Origin: Geopsychrobacteraceae bacterium
Lineage (GTDB): Bacteria; Desulfobacterota; Desulfuromonadia; Desulfuromonadales; Geopsychrobacteraceae
DNA: 64,000 nt
Direction: 5' to 3'
Assembly (NCBI GenBank): GCA_963676795.2
Contig: CAXXTB010000001.1
Coordinates: 192,001 to 256,000, forward strand
The notes beneath the pieces were generated by a model that worked only from the letters and a program-made list of their open reading frames with translations, did not search any database and was not told the DNA's origin. The translations under genes and the position numbers were made by a program. How positions within the stretch are numbered: the stretch's first letter is position 1; each line of letters opens with the position of its first letter. This document shows, piece after piece, positions 49,144 to 57,343 of this stretch.

Positions 49144-50016
49144 ATGCCCGATTTTGTTGTCACCCCCGAAGAAGCCGGTCTCACTATCGAAGCCTGGCTG
49201 CAGAAACGGATTCCCGCCGCACCAGCCGGTTACCTCAATCAGCTGCTGAAAAAAGGCAAGGTTTCCAACCGGCGTGGCAAGCTGACCCACGACGCGCTGG
49301 TCAGCGCGGGTGAAACGATCGTACTTCCGGACAGCCAGCGCCTGCAGGAGCTGATCCAGGGGGGAGCTGGCGATTGTACAGCGGTTGAGATCCTCTTTGA
49401 ATCGCGGGAGATCCTGATCGTCAACAAACCAGCCGGGCTGGCAATCCACAGCAGCAAGGGGCATGAAGGGGATAACCTGACCGACCGGATCAAGGCCCTG
49501 CTGGTCAGCCGTGGGGAACAGTTTCAGGTCGCTCCGGTTCAGCGGCTGGATCTCGAAACGTCGGGGCCGGTCATTTTCGGCAAAGGAAAAAAAGGCTGCG
49601 CAGAACTGGGCAAGCTGCTGATGGAGGGGAAAGTAAAGAAGACCTACCTGGCCCTGGTCAGCGGTAAACTCTCCGGCTCCGGCCATCTGGTCAGCGATAT
49701 CCCGAGTAAAGGCAAGGAAAAGACGGCCGAAACCCTCTACCACTGCCTTGGCAGCGCCCCCAAAGCCTCGCTGCTTGAAATCGACCTGCTCACCGGCCGC
49801 CAGCATCAGATCCGCCGCCAGCTGGCCGACGCAGGACATCCGCTGCTGGGCGACAAGCGCTATCACGGCCCCTGCCCCAAAGAGCTGCCACGTCTGTTTC
49901 TCCATTGCCGCCGCCTGCTCTTCCGTAATCCGTTCAGCGGTGAACAGATCGACGTCCAGACTCAGCTGCCGGACGAACTGACCGCCTATCTGGCCAGCCT
50001 GAAGTTGAAACTGTAA
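49144..50016 (+). CDS. RluA/RluC/RluD-family pseudouridine synthase
   Basis: S4-like N-terminus, VNKPAG, QRLDLETSG (catalytic Asp), TGRQHQIR, GD..Y, LFLH. Confidence 0.9.
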   Translation: MPDFVVTPEEAGLTIEAWLQKRIPAAPAGYLNQLLKKGKVSNRRGKLTHDALVSAGETIVLPDSQRLQELIQGGAGDCTAVEILFESREILIVNKPAGLAIHSSKGHEGDNLTDRIKALLVSRGEQFQVAPVQRLDLETSGPVIFGKGKKGCAELGKLLMEGKVKKTYLALVSGKLSGSGHLVSDIPSKGKEKTAETLYHCLGSAPKASLLEIDLLTGRQHQIRRQLADAGHPLLGDKRYHGPCPKELPRLFLHCRRLLFRNPFSGEQIDVQTQLPDELTAYLASLKLKL

Positions 50017-50078
50017 AGATACCTGTCTATTCTCAAAACTTCATTTAAATTCATTTTTTATTCTTGCACATCATTATT

Positions 50079-50185
50079 CCTTCTCCATGAGGAAGAAGGT
50101 GCCCGAAGGGCGGATGAGGGGGAAATTGTTCTGAAGAGCACCCCTCACCCGGTGCTACGCACCACCCTCTCCCCAAGGAGAGGGT
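50079..50185. repeat. Repeat family B, copies 2 and 3 in inverted arrangement
   Basis: CCTTCTCC..GAAGAAGGTGCCCGAAGGGCGGATGAGGGGG and CCCCTCACCCGGTGCTACGCACCACCCTCTCCCCAAGGAGAGGG between convergent genes. Confidence 0.8.
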
Positions 50186-50194
50186 AGTAATTCA

Positions 50195-50821
50195 TTAACG
50201 GTTCAGCCGCTCAAGCTCCTGTTCCACCAGTGGCAGAATGCTACTGACGATCATCTCGATCCCGGCCGCCGTCGGATGGATGCCATCAGCCAGATTGAGT
50301 TCCGGCCGCCCGGCCACCCCGGCGAGAAAGAACGGATAGAGCGGCACCCCGAACTGTTCGGCGAGCTGCGGAAAAATCGGATCAAAGGCAGCGACATAGG
50401 CGGCCCCCAGGTAGGGAGGTGCCTTCATCCCCGCCAGAATGACCGGAATTCCGGCGCTCTGCATACGGCTCAGGATCGCTGCCAGATTGGCCTTGGCCTG
50501 CCGGACATCGAGCATCTGTAGCGCGTCGTTAGCCCCCAGCTCGACAATGGCAAGATCCGGCCTGCAGTGCAGAGCAGACTCAAGCCGCAACAAGCCATCT
50601 TCTGTCGTATCCCCTGAGACACCGGCATTGACCAGCCTGACCCGGTAACCTCTCATGCGCAGTTGCGCTTCGAGCTGAACCGGAAAGGCCTCATCTGCGG
50701 CCAGCCCATAACCGGCCGTCAGGCTGTCGCCCAGGGCAAGGATGGTCAGCGTTTTCTGCTGACAGCCGGAGACAACCCCGGCCAGCAAGGTTGGCAGTAG
50801 TATCAGTGACGAAAGAAACAT
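50195..50821 (-). CDS. SGNH/GDSL arylesterase (TesA-like), probable lipoprotein
   Basis: LGDSLTAGYG, NAGVSGDTT, ELGAND, DGIHP; VSGC lipobox-like. Confidence 0.9.
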   Translation of the reverse strand: MFLSSLILLPTLLAGVVSGCQQKTLTILALGDSLTAGYGLAADEAFPVQLEAQLRMRGYRVRLVNAGVSGDTTEDGLLRLESALHCRPDLAIVELGANDALQMLDVRQAKANLAAILSRMQSAGIPVILAGMKAPPYLGAAYVAAFDPIFPQLAEQFGVPLYPFFLAGVAGRPELNLADGIHPTAAGIEMIVSSILPLVEQELERLNR

Positions 50822-51008
50822 ATATCCTGATCCTGAAGTTATGCCCCCGTACGGCGGACGAATGGAAGAGACAAGGTCTGATCCGCAGTATCGTCCAGAG
50901 AGATCACACCTCCAAATGATTTTATGCTACAACATACAGAATTATCGTTCAGCTTGCTGTAATTCAGTCGCTATCGGCAAGAAATCTCCTATTTTTCAGG
51001 ACCTTTCA

Positions 51009-52280
51009 ATGAACAAGACCTTTAAAAGACGCCTGACTCCGATCCTGCTGATCATCATTCTGGCCCTCTTCGGCCTGACTTATTACAACAGTATCAAGGC
51101 CGAACAGCTGTTTCGCCAGCAACTGTCAGAGCTGAACCAGGAAGCAGGAATCACCATCAGCCTCGAAAGCTACCAGCGCCGTTTCTTTTCAGCGGAAGCG
51201 ACCACCTCGGCCCAGAATCCTCTGCTGGGAACCTTGCGTCTGCATCACCTGATCCGCCATTTTGCCTGGGGCGGCCAGATGGAGACAAGGCTGATCGAAG
51301 CCCCTCTGCTGGAACAGGCCTTTATAGCCCAGCCGCCCCTGACGGAATTCTCCCTGACCAGCAAGGCAGGCCTGACCGGACAGCTGAGCAACGTTCTGAG
51401 CATCCCGGAACTCCACCTGCAGAACGGGACTCTGGCGCTGAACATTGAAAATGCCGACGCCAGCTGGCACAAGAAACTTGACCAGCCGGGCCAGTTTGCA
51501 CTGAGTGCCGACGCATTTGACGTTCAGCACGGCGACGAACAGTTCAAGCTGCAGCAGCTTGAGATTTCGGCAACAGCGGCAGATAACTTCCGATCTACTT
51601 CGACACTGACCACGGCGGCACTGTCTCTGGCCGATGCTGAGCAGAAACTCATACAAGCAGGATCTCTGGCAGCAACTACCTCAACAGAGCTGATCGACGG
51701 CAAAATGGTTCAGAACTCCGAACTGACAGTGCAACAGATCGACCTGCTGGGTGAGCAATTTGACAATGCCCGGCTCGATATGACCCTCAGTGCTATCGAT
51801 CCAGAACTGCTTGCACAGATCCAGGGAGCCTTACATCAACTGCAACGTCAGGCCCTGCTCGGCCAGGAACAGGGGTTTGAGTCACAGATGCAACTGCTAG
51901 GCCTTTACATGCAGCTGATTCATTCCGGCGTAACCCTGGAGGTCAACGACCTCTCCCTGCAGCAGCAGGACTCTGACTTCGCGGCCCGGGGACACCTCAA
52001 ACTGCCTGACAGTCAGAGCGATTTCAGCGGATTTTCCTTCGCCGCACTCGACATCGCCGTACAACTGGGCGTCGATCCGCAACTCTTCAAATCGGCCTGG
52101 TTCGCCCTCAATAGAGCCAGGCAGCAGGAGCAGAACAGGGCGGTCAGTGATGAACTGGCGGAACAGCTTCTGGGTGGACTGGAGCAGAAGGGGCTATTGA
52201 GCAAAAATCAGCAGGGGCGCTATAGTCTGGACTATCAGAAAAATGAAAACGGAACAATTCTGAACGGGAAAAGCTTATAA
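51009..52280 (+). CDS. YdgA/DUF945-like exported protein
   Basis: N-terminal anchor, SYQRRFFS.A motif and C-terminal LNGK.L typical of this family. Confidence 0.65.
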   Translation: MNKTFKRRLTPILLIIILALFGLTYYNSIKAEQLFRQQLSELNQEAGITISLESYQRRFFSAEATTSAQNPLLGTLRLHHLIRHFAWGGQMETRLIEAPLLEQAFIAQPPLTEFSLTSKAGLTGQLSNVLSIPELHLQNGTLALNIENADASWHKKLDQPGQFALSADAFDVQHGDEQFKLQQLEISATAADNFRSTSTLTTAALSLADAEQKLIQAGSLAATTSTELIDGKMVQNSELTVQQIDLLGEQFDNARLDMTLSAIDPELLAQIQGALHQLQRQALLGQEQGFESQMQLLGLYMQLIHSGVTLEVNDLSLQQQDSDFAARGHLKLPDSQSDFSGFSFAALDIAVQLGVDPQLFKSAWFALNRARQQEQNRAVSDELAEQLLGGLEQKGLLSKNQQGRYSLDYQKNENGTILNGKSL

Positions 52281-52300
52281 GCGGTAAAGGTCCCGAATGA

Positions 52301-52417
52301 GAAACGAGAAATTTTTTCCGTGGCAAGGCAATCCAAGGCTTACGCGGAGGCGTACATCGGTACGCCGCACAAGTAAGACAGCAGATTGACGCAACCACAG
52401 CGGAAAAGAGCCGTTTC
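52301..52417. repeat. Long nested-palindrome intergenic element (family C, MITE-like)
   Basis: Nested arms GAAACG/CGTTTC, TTTTCCG/CGGAAAA, CAATC/GATTG, CTTAC/GTAAG, with apical GGCGTAC-ATCG-GTACGCC. Single copy in this window. Confidence 0.6.
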
Positions 52418-52427
52418 CGGATAAAAA

Positions 52428-53147
52428 CTAGATAGCGATATTGATCTGCTTGTCCGCATAAAGCGCATAGCTATCGGCGGCCACCCTGGGATAAAAAACA
52501 ACCCGGCGCCCCGCCTCGTCCAGCTCACAGACAGCCGCCTGAGCATAGACATGACACCACAGCTGGTCCACACGGCTCTCGGAGGTGAAAAAGACCATCG
52601 TCAGGGAACCTTTACGCAAGACGAACTGTGCCTTCTGTTCTTCCTGCATTTTCTTCAACAGAATTTCACTGTTAAAGACAAATGCAGGAAAACAGAGTGA
52701 GTATTCAATCAGCCCGGGGACAAACACCGGTAGAGGATTCTTCTCCCGGGTCAGTTCTTCGCCGGTTCTGAGGACTGCATCATCCTTGCTGTCACGCAGG
52801 TGTTTGAAACAGAAATCCATGTCCGCCTGGGACATGCGCAGGGTATTGAGCAACGGCGGCAACTCGCCCTCAACGACTCTCAAGCCGAGATCATGAAGCT
52901 CTGCCTCTGCGGTAAAATAATCAACGCGCAGAATCTGGCGGGCGCTCTTTTTCATCTCCTCAATCAGTTTACGCATCGCAACAAAACGACGCCGGGCCTG
53001 ATCATCACTTCTCTGGCGGGCAGCCGGCTGGCGTTGCGGGTTTTCGTCTCGTTGCTGGGGGTCGACACGAGGGTAGGGGGAAACCGGCTCAACTTCCGGA
53101 TAGGGTTGATAGGCATGTAACTGCCCGATGCGAAGATTTGTGGCCAT
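52428..53147 (-). CDS. Hypothetical protein
   Basis: 239-aa ORF filling the gap, GAAGGA RBS before MATNL. No recognised domain. Confidence 0.7.
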   Translation of the reverse strand: MATNLRIGQLHAYQPYPEVEPVSPYPRVDPQQRDENPQRQPAARQRSDDQARRRFVAMRKLIEEMKKSARQILRVDYFTAEAELHDLGLRVVEGELPPLLNTLRMSQADMDFCFKHLRDSKDDAVLRTGEELTREKNPLPVFVPGLIEYSLCFPAFVFNSEILLKKMQEEQKAQFVLRKGSLTMVFFTSESRVDQLWCHVYAQAAVCELDEAGRRVVFYPRVAADSYALYADKQINIAI

Positions 53148-53326
53148 AATCAGAATCCTTCCGTGGATATCTCTGTTCAGAGCATTATAGCTCTTCTCTT
53201 TTTCGACGGGAAGCACCTGGAAGTTTAGTCAAATAACTGATTTATAGCGATTTTCTATTTATTCTTTCGCTGTTTACCTCATTTTCATGATAATTCGCAA
53301 GACGTGAACCAAATTCCGTGAATAAA

Positions 53327-53707
53327 TCAGACAACCGGGGGTTTGTCCTCCCTCTGAAATTGTGGTTCTCCGTCCGGGTAGGGTCCTTCAGCTTCGTAAA
53401 TCGCCGGTTCGACCTTGTCAAGCTCCGGCTCTTCGGCGTCTGGCTGAGGCTTTTCAACAACAGCTGGTGCCGATTTCTTCTGTTCCTTTTCGGCCCTCTT
53501 CTCGAGGCGCGACTTACGGAATTTACGCGAAACCGCGGCAAGCAGACCGAGGACGACACCGACCAGAACCGCAGAGAGCACCAACAGTGGCAAGGGAGTG
53601 GAAAATTGCCACTTGAACAGGACAATATCGACAGCCTGGTCATTCTGCACAACAAAGGCAAGCACCGGAACCAGCAGAATCAGTCCGAACACCAGTTTGT
53701 ATTTCAT
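53327..53707 (-). CDS. LapA/DUF1049-like small membrane protein
   Basis: FVVQN..V...F.W...PL.L TM pattern with acidic/Pro tail; AGGAG RBS. Confidence 0.75.
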   Translation of the reverse strand: MKYKLVFGLILLVPVLAFVVQNDQAVDIVLFKWQFSTPLPLLVLSAVLVGVVLGLLAAVSRKFRKSRLEKRAEKEQKKSAPAVVEKPQPDAEEPELDKVEPAIYEAEGPYPDGEPQFQREDKPPVV

Positions 53708-53785
53708 GGATACTCCTGTTCATAGGCAAAAATGACATCCTATCAGGACTTTATCGGAAAATCATTATAGCTCATCGCCTCTGAA

Positions 53786-53818
53786 TAAAAAAAAACGGGG
53801 AACCCTGCAGATTCCCCG
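53786..53818 (-). terminator. Intrinsic terminator of the degQ operon
   Basis: Minus strand CGGGGAA-N9-TTCCCCG followed by a long T run. Confidence 0.85.
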
Positions 53819-53903
53819 AATATGAACGTAGGAGGTAACGTCCAAAATGTTGTGGTTGCCGCCCGGCGCTGAGCAAGGACGCCGGGCAGCTTGTGGAACT
53901 TGT

Positions 53904-55358
53904 TTAATTCAGCTTGAGAGGCAGATAACGGCTGGCATCACCCTGGCGCACCAGGAGCAGCACGGTTTTCTTTCCGCTTTCGACGATCAACTTCTTGACC
54001 TGATTCGGGTCACTGACCGGAATCCGGTTCACTTCCTCGATCAGATCGCCGCGGCGCAGACCGGCACGAGCCGCAGGGGAACCGCTCTCAACAGAGCTGA
54101 TGAGAACACCGCTTTGCCCTTCGTAGCCGAGCTGAGCGGCCAGTTCCGGAGTCAGTTTCTGCAGCGCCAGACCGACCTTTGGAAGAGCGTCCGGCGATAC
54201 GGCATGCCCCTGATCGTCGCTCTCCATCGTACCGATAACGACGTCGATTTTCTGGCTCTTGCCATCACGTTGAACCAGCAGGATCACCTTGGTTCCGGGA
54301 CGGGTCAAGGCTATCTTATTGCGAAAGGTGGCAACCTTGTCGACCGGCTCTCCATCCATCTTCAGGATGACGTCACCCTGCTGAAGCCCGGCTTGCTGCG
54401 CAGGAGAGTCGTCCTGGACCTGGGCTATAAGTATTCCGGTACGTTGCTCGATACCGAACGCGTCAGCCAGTTCCTTGGTCAGATCCTGGATGACCACACC
54501 GAGGCGTCCGCGGGTGACTGTACCATGACTGACCAGCTGCTGACGGATATCCCTGGCCATGTTGATCGGAATCGCGAAGCCGATCCCCATGTAGCCCCCG
54601 CTGCGGCTGAAGATTGCGGTGTTCATGCCGACAACCTCGCCGTCGAGGTTGACCAGCGGACCTCCGGAGTTACCCGGGTTGATCGCCGCATCGGTCTGAA
54701 TGAAGTTTTCGTAGTCGTTGAGGCCGATACCGCTGCGCCCTTTGGCACTGACGATTCCGGCTGTCAGGGTGTGCGACAGGCCGAACGGGTTGCCGAAGGC
54801 GAGAACCCAGTCGCCGACTTCAAGCCTATCGGAATCACCCAGCTTGAGAAACGGCAGCTTCTCATCCGCATCGATCTTGATCAATGCGACATCGGTCGGC
54901 GGATCGGTACCGACGATTTCGGCGGCATACTCCCGGCCATCGAGCAGCTGGACAGTCACTCTGTCGGCATCACCGACCACATGGTTATTGGTCATGATGT
55001 AACCGTCATCCGATATCAGAAAACCCGAGCCCTGACCGGTTGCATAGCGCTTCTGGCTATTGCCGTTCGGAGCCTGCTGTTGCGGCTGCTGGAAAAAACG
55101 TCGGAAAAATTCATCATTGAAGGGGGAATTTTCCCCGAACGGATTGCTGCCCTGCTGCTGGGCGACCTCTTTTTCAACCTGGATAAAGACGACGGCCGGT
55201 GATACCTCTTTGGCCACACTGCGGAAGGCCTTTTCGGTCTGGCGCAGGCTGTTCAGGCCGTTCTCCTGGGCCGCTGCCTGGGAAACCAACGTCCCACCGG
55301 CCAGTGCAACTGTCAGCAGGCAGGTCAGCAGTAAATTAAACAGACGCTTGTTTTTCAT
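53904..55358 (-). CDS. DegP/DegQ (HtrA) serine protease with two PDZ domains
   Basis: Signal peptide, GSGF, TNNHV, D.ALIK, QTDAAINPGNSGGPL, 2x PDZ. ATGA overlap with the upstream receiver gene. Confidence 0.93.
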   Translation of the reverse strand: MKNKRLFNLLLTCLLTVALAGGTLVSQAAAQENGLNSLRQTEKAFRSVAKEVSPAVVFIQVEKEVAQQQGSNPFGENSPFNDEFFRRFFQQPQQQAPNGNSQKRYATGQGSGFLISDDGYIMTNNHVVGDADRVTVQLLDGREYAAEIVGTDPPTDVALIKIDADEKLPFLKLGDSDRLEVGDWVLAFGNPFGLSHTLTAGIVSAKGRSGIGLNDYENFIQTDAAINPGNSGGPLVNLDGEVVGMNTAIFSRSGGYMGIGFAIPINMARDIRQQLVSHGTVTRGRLGVVIQDLTKELADAFGIEQRTGILIAQVQDDSPAQQAGLQQGDVILKMDGEPVDKVATFRNKIALTRPGTKVILLVQRDGKSQKIDVVIGTMESDDQGHAVSPDALPKVGLALQKLTPELAAQLGYEGQSGVLISSVESGSPAARAGLRRGDLIEEVNRIPVSDPNQVKKLIVESGKKTVLLLVRQGDASRYLPLKLN

Positions 55359-55780
55359 CGTTCTTGACTCCTCGCACATGATTCTTGGTCGTGACTTTGG
55401 AGACAGGCGGAACGAACCAACTCAAGCATGGTATCCAGATCAAACGGCTTGTCGATCGTGACGGTCGCACCGAAGCGGTACGCTGTTTCATGAGTCTGGG
55501 TATCACCAAAGGCGGTCATGCAGATGAACGGAGGGCGGTCTGACTTGTCGAACTGGCTTTCCAGAACTTCCAGGCCGGTCAGGGCCGGCATTCTGACATC
55601 ACTGATAATCAGGTCGAAACGCTCAGAATGTTCCAGTTCTTCAAGCAACTGTAGACCATTCTGACAGGCGGTGACCCGGTAGCCTTCACGTTCAAGGACC
55701 AGAATCAACAGCTCACGGAGCTCTGTATCGTCTTCAGCAAGAAGGATCTGAGGTGTTATGTCGAGTTTGGCTGCTTCCAT
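55355..55780 (-). CDS. Single-domain response regulator
   Basis: LLAEDD, ISDVRMP (phospho-Asp), MTAFG, KPF; no output domain. Confidence 0.88.
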   Translation of the reverse strand: MEAAKLDITPQILLAEDDTELRELLILVLEREGYRVTACQNGLQLLEELEHSERFDLIISDVRMPALTGLEVLESQFDKSDRPPFICMTAFGDTQTHETAYRFGATVTIDKPFDLDTMLELVRSACLQSHDQESCARSQER

Positions 55781-55818
55781 CAGTGTCTCCGAAAAAATTG
55801 AAACCTGACAAAAGATTG

Positions 55819-55834
55819 AGCAAACCGCGTGCCA
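55819..55834 (-). promoter_or_regulatory. Sigma-54 (-24/-12) promoter
   Basis: Minus strand TGGCAC-GCGGT-TTGCT, a perfect consensus match about 40 bp upstream of the receiver gene. Confidence 0.88.
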
Positions 55835-55875
55835 AACATAAATAACGAAAGATCAGCCAGTTAGAGAATGTACGG

Positions 55876-55912
55876 TCGGGGCATATTGCCACCTCGGGGC
55901 AAAATGCCCCGA
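55876..55912. promoter_or_regulatory. Tandem upstream activator sequences for the adjacent bEBP
   Basis: TCGGGGCATATTGCCACC and the perfect palindrome TCGGGGCA-AAA-TGCCCCGA, upstream of the sigma-54 site. Confidence 0.75.
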
Positions 55913-55975
55913 AAATGGCGATACAATCTCAGATCTGAAATGTGAAATCGCAAGCTGAAGGAGGAGAGTGATCCG

Positions 55976-57343
55976 TCACTCCTCTTTCAGCTTGCGGTAG
56001 AGGGTTTTGCGATCGACGCCAAGTAGCCTGGCCGCCAGGGTCCGGTTGCCGTCGAGCTGGTCGAGAACCTGATGGATGTAGCGTCTCTCCATCTCTTCGA
56101 GGGGCAGGATGTTGCCGGCAGTGACCAGGCTGGCCGGGACCGGTTCACTGCCGCCGGGATGGCGGACATTGTCGGGCAGATCCTCGACCGTGATCTGGTC
56201 ATGATGGGTCAGAGCCAGGGCGCGTTCGACGACATTGCGCAGTTCACGTACGTTGCCCGGCCAGGAATAGGCGAGCAGGCAGGCGGCGGCCGGTTTAGCC
56301 AGACCGACGACCGATTTGTTGAAGCGCGGCGCCAACTGCCGAATGAAGTTCTGGGCCAGCAGCAGCACGTCATGCCCCCGTTCATGGAGGGAGGGAAGCT
56401 TCAGCTGAATAACGTTCAGCCGGTAGAAAAGGTCGCTGCGGAAGCGTCCGGCGGCAACTTCCGCTTCCAGATTCTTGTGGCTGGCCGCCAGCACGCGAAC
56501 ATCGCAGGCGATCTCGCTGCTGCCACCTAATGGGCGGACCTTGTGGTCCTCCAGCACCCGCAGCAGTTTGGGCTGCAGGGCCAGCGGCATCTCGGCGATC
56601 TCGTCAAGCAGCAGGGTGCCACCCGAAGCCTCAACGAACAGCCCCTTGCGGTTCTCGCGGGCGTCGGTAAAAGCCCCTTTGACGTGACCAAACAGCTCCC
56701 CTTCTAGTAGACTCTCCGGCAGAGCGGCACAGTTGATAGCAACAAAGGGTCCGTCGTGGCGTTTGCTCTGCTGATGCAGGGCTCTGGCCACCAGTTCCTT
56801 GCCGGTTCCGCTTTCGCCGCTGATCAGTACCGAGATGTCAAGATCGGCGATCCGCACGATCTGTTCCTTGATCGCATCCATAACCGGACTCTGTCCCAGC
56901 AGCTCGCCCCCAGGTTGCTGACGCCGGACCTGGTCCTTGAGCAGCCGCACCTTTTCCTGCAGATGACGATGTTCAAGGGCTCGTTCCAGGGCAATATGCA
57001 GCAGATCAAGGTCGATCGGCTTGGTGACAAAGTCATAAGCCCCGGCCCGCAGCGCCGCCGTCGCCGTCTCCAGGCTGCCGAAAGCGGTCATGATCACCAC
57101 CGGCAGATCGGGACGAATCTCGTGCAGTTCGGCGCAGAAATCGATACCACTGACACCAGGCATATTGATATCGCTGAGGACAACGTCAAACTCCTGTTCG
57201 TGAAGCAACTCGCGCGCCGCGCTGACGCTACGCGCCGTCATAACCTGATGACCACGCCTGGCAAGATCCTCTTCCATCAGCTCGCAGAGTGCCTGATCAT
57301 CGTCCAGAACCAGAATCCGTCCCGGCAGACGGGTCTCTTTCAT
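55976..57343 (-). CDS. Sigma-54-dependent response regulator (NtrC/AtoC/ZraR family)
   Basis: REC, GESGTGKE, GAFTDA, LLDEI, WPGNVREL, Fis-type HTH. Confidence 0.93.
   Translation of the reverse strand: MKETRLPGRILVLDDDQALCELMEEDLARRGHQVMTARSVSAARELLHEQEFDVVLSDINMPGVSGIDFCAELHEIRPDLPVVIMTAFGSLETATAALRAGAYDFVTKPIDLDLLHIALERALEHRHLQEKVRLLKDQVRRQQPGGELLGQSPVMDAIKEQIVRIADLDISVLISGESGTGKELVARALHQQSKRHDGPFVAINCAALPESLLEGELFGHVKGAFTDARENRKGLFVEASGGTLLLDEIAEMPLALQPKLLRVLEDHKVRPLGGSSEIACDVRVLAASHKNLEAEVAAGRFRSDLFYRLNVIQLKLPSLHERGHDVLLLAQNFIRQLAPRFNKSVVGLAKPAAACLLAYSWPGNVRELRNVVERALALTHHDQITVEDLPDNVRHPGGSEPVPASLVTAGNILPLEEMERRYIHQVLDQLDGNRTLAARLLGVDRKTLYRKLKEE

Noticed and set aside
49537..49566. QRLD instead of HRLD in the pseudouridine synthase as a sign of inactivation
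   Set aside because: The catalytic Asp and the other motifs are intact; likely a tolerated variant.
53847..55202. 451-aa ORF antisense to degQ with a perfect SD
   Set aside because: The translation has typical shadow-ORF composition and no domain. Not annotated; kept only as an alternative explanation for the anti-SD loop.
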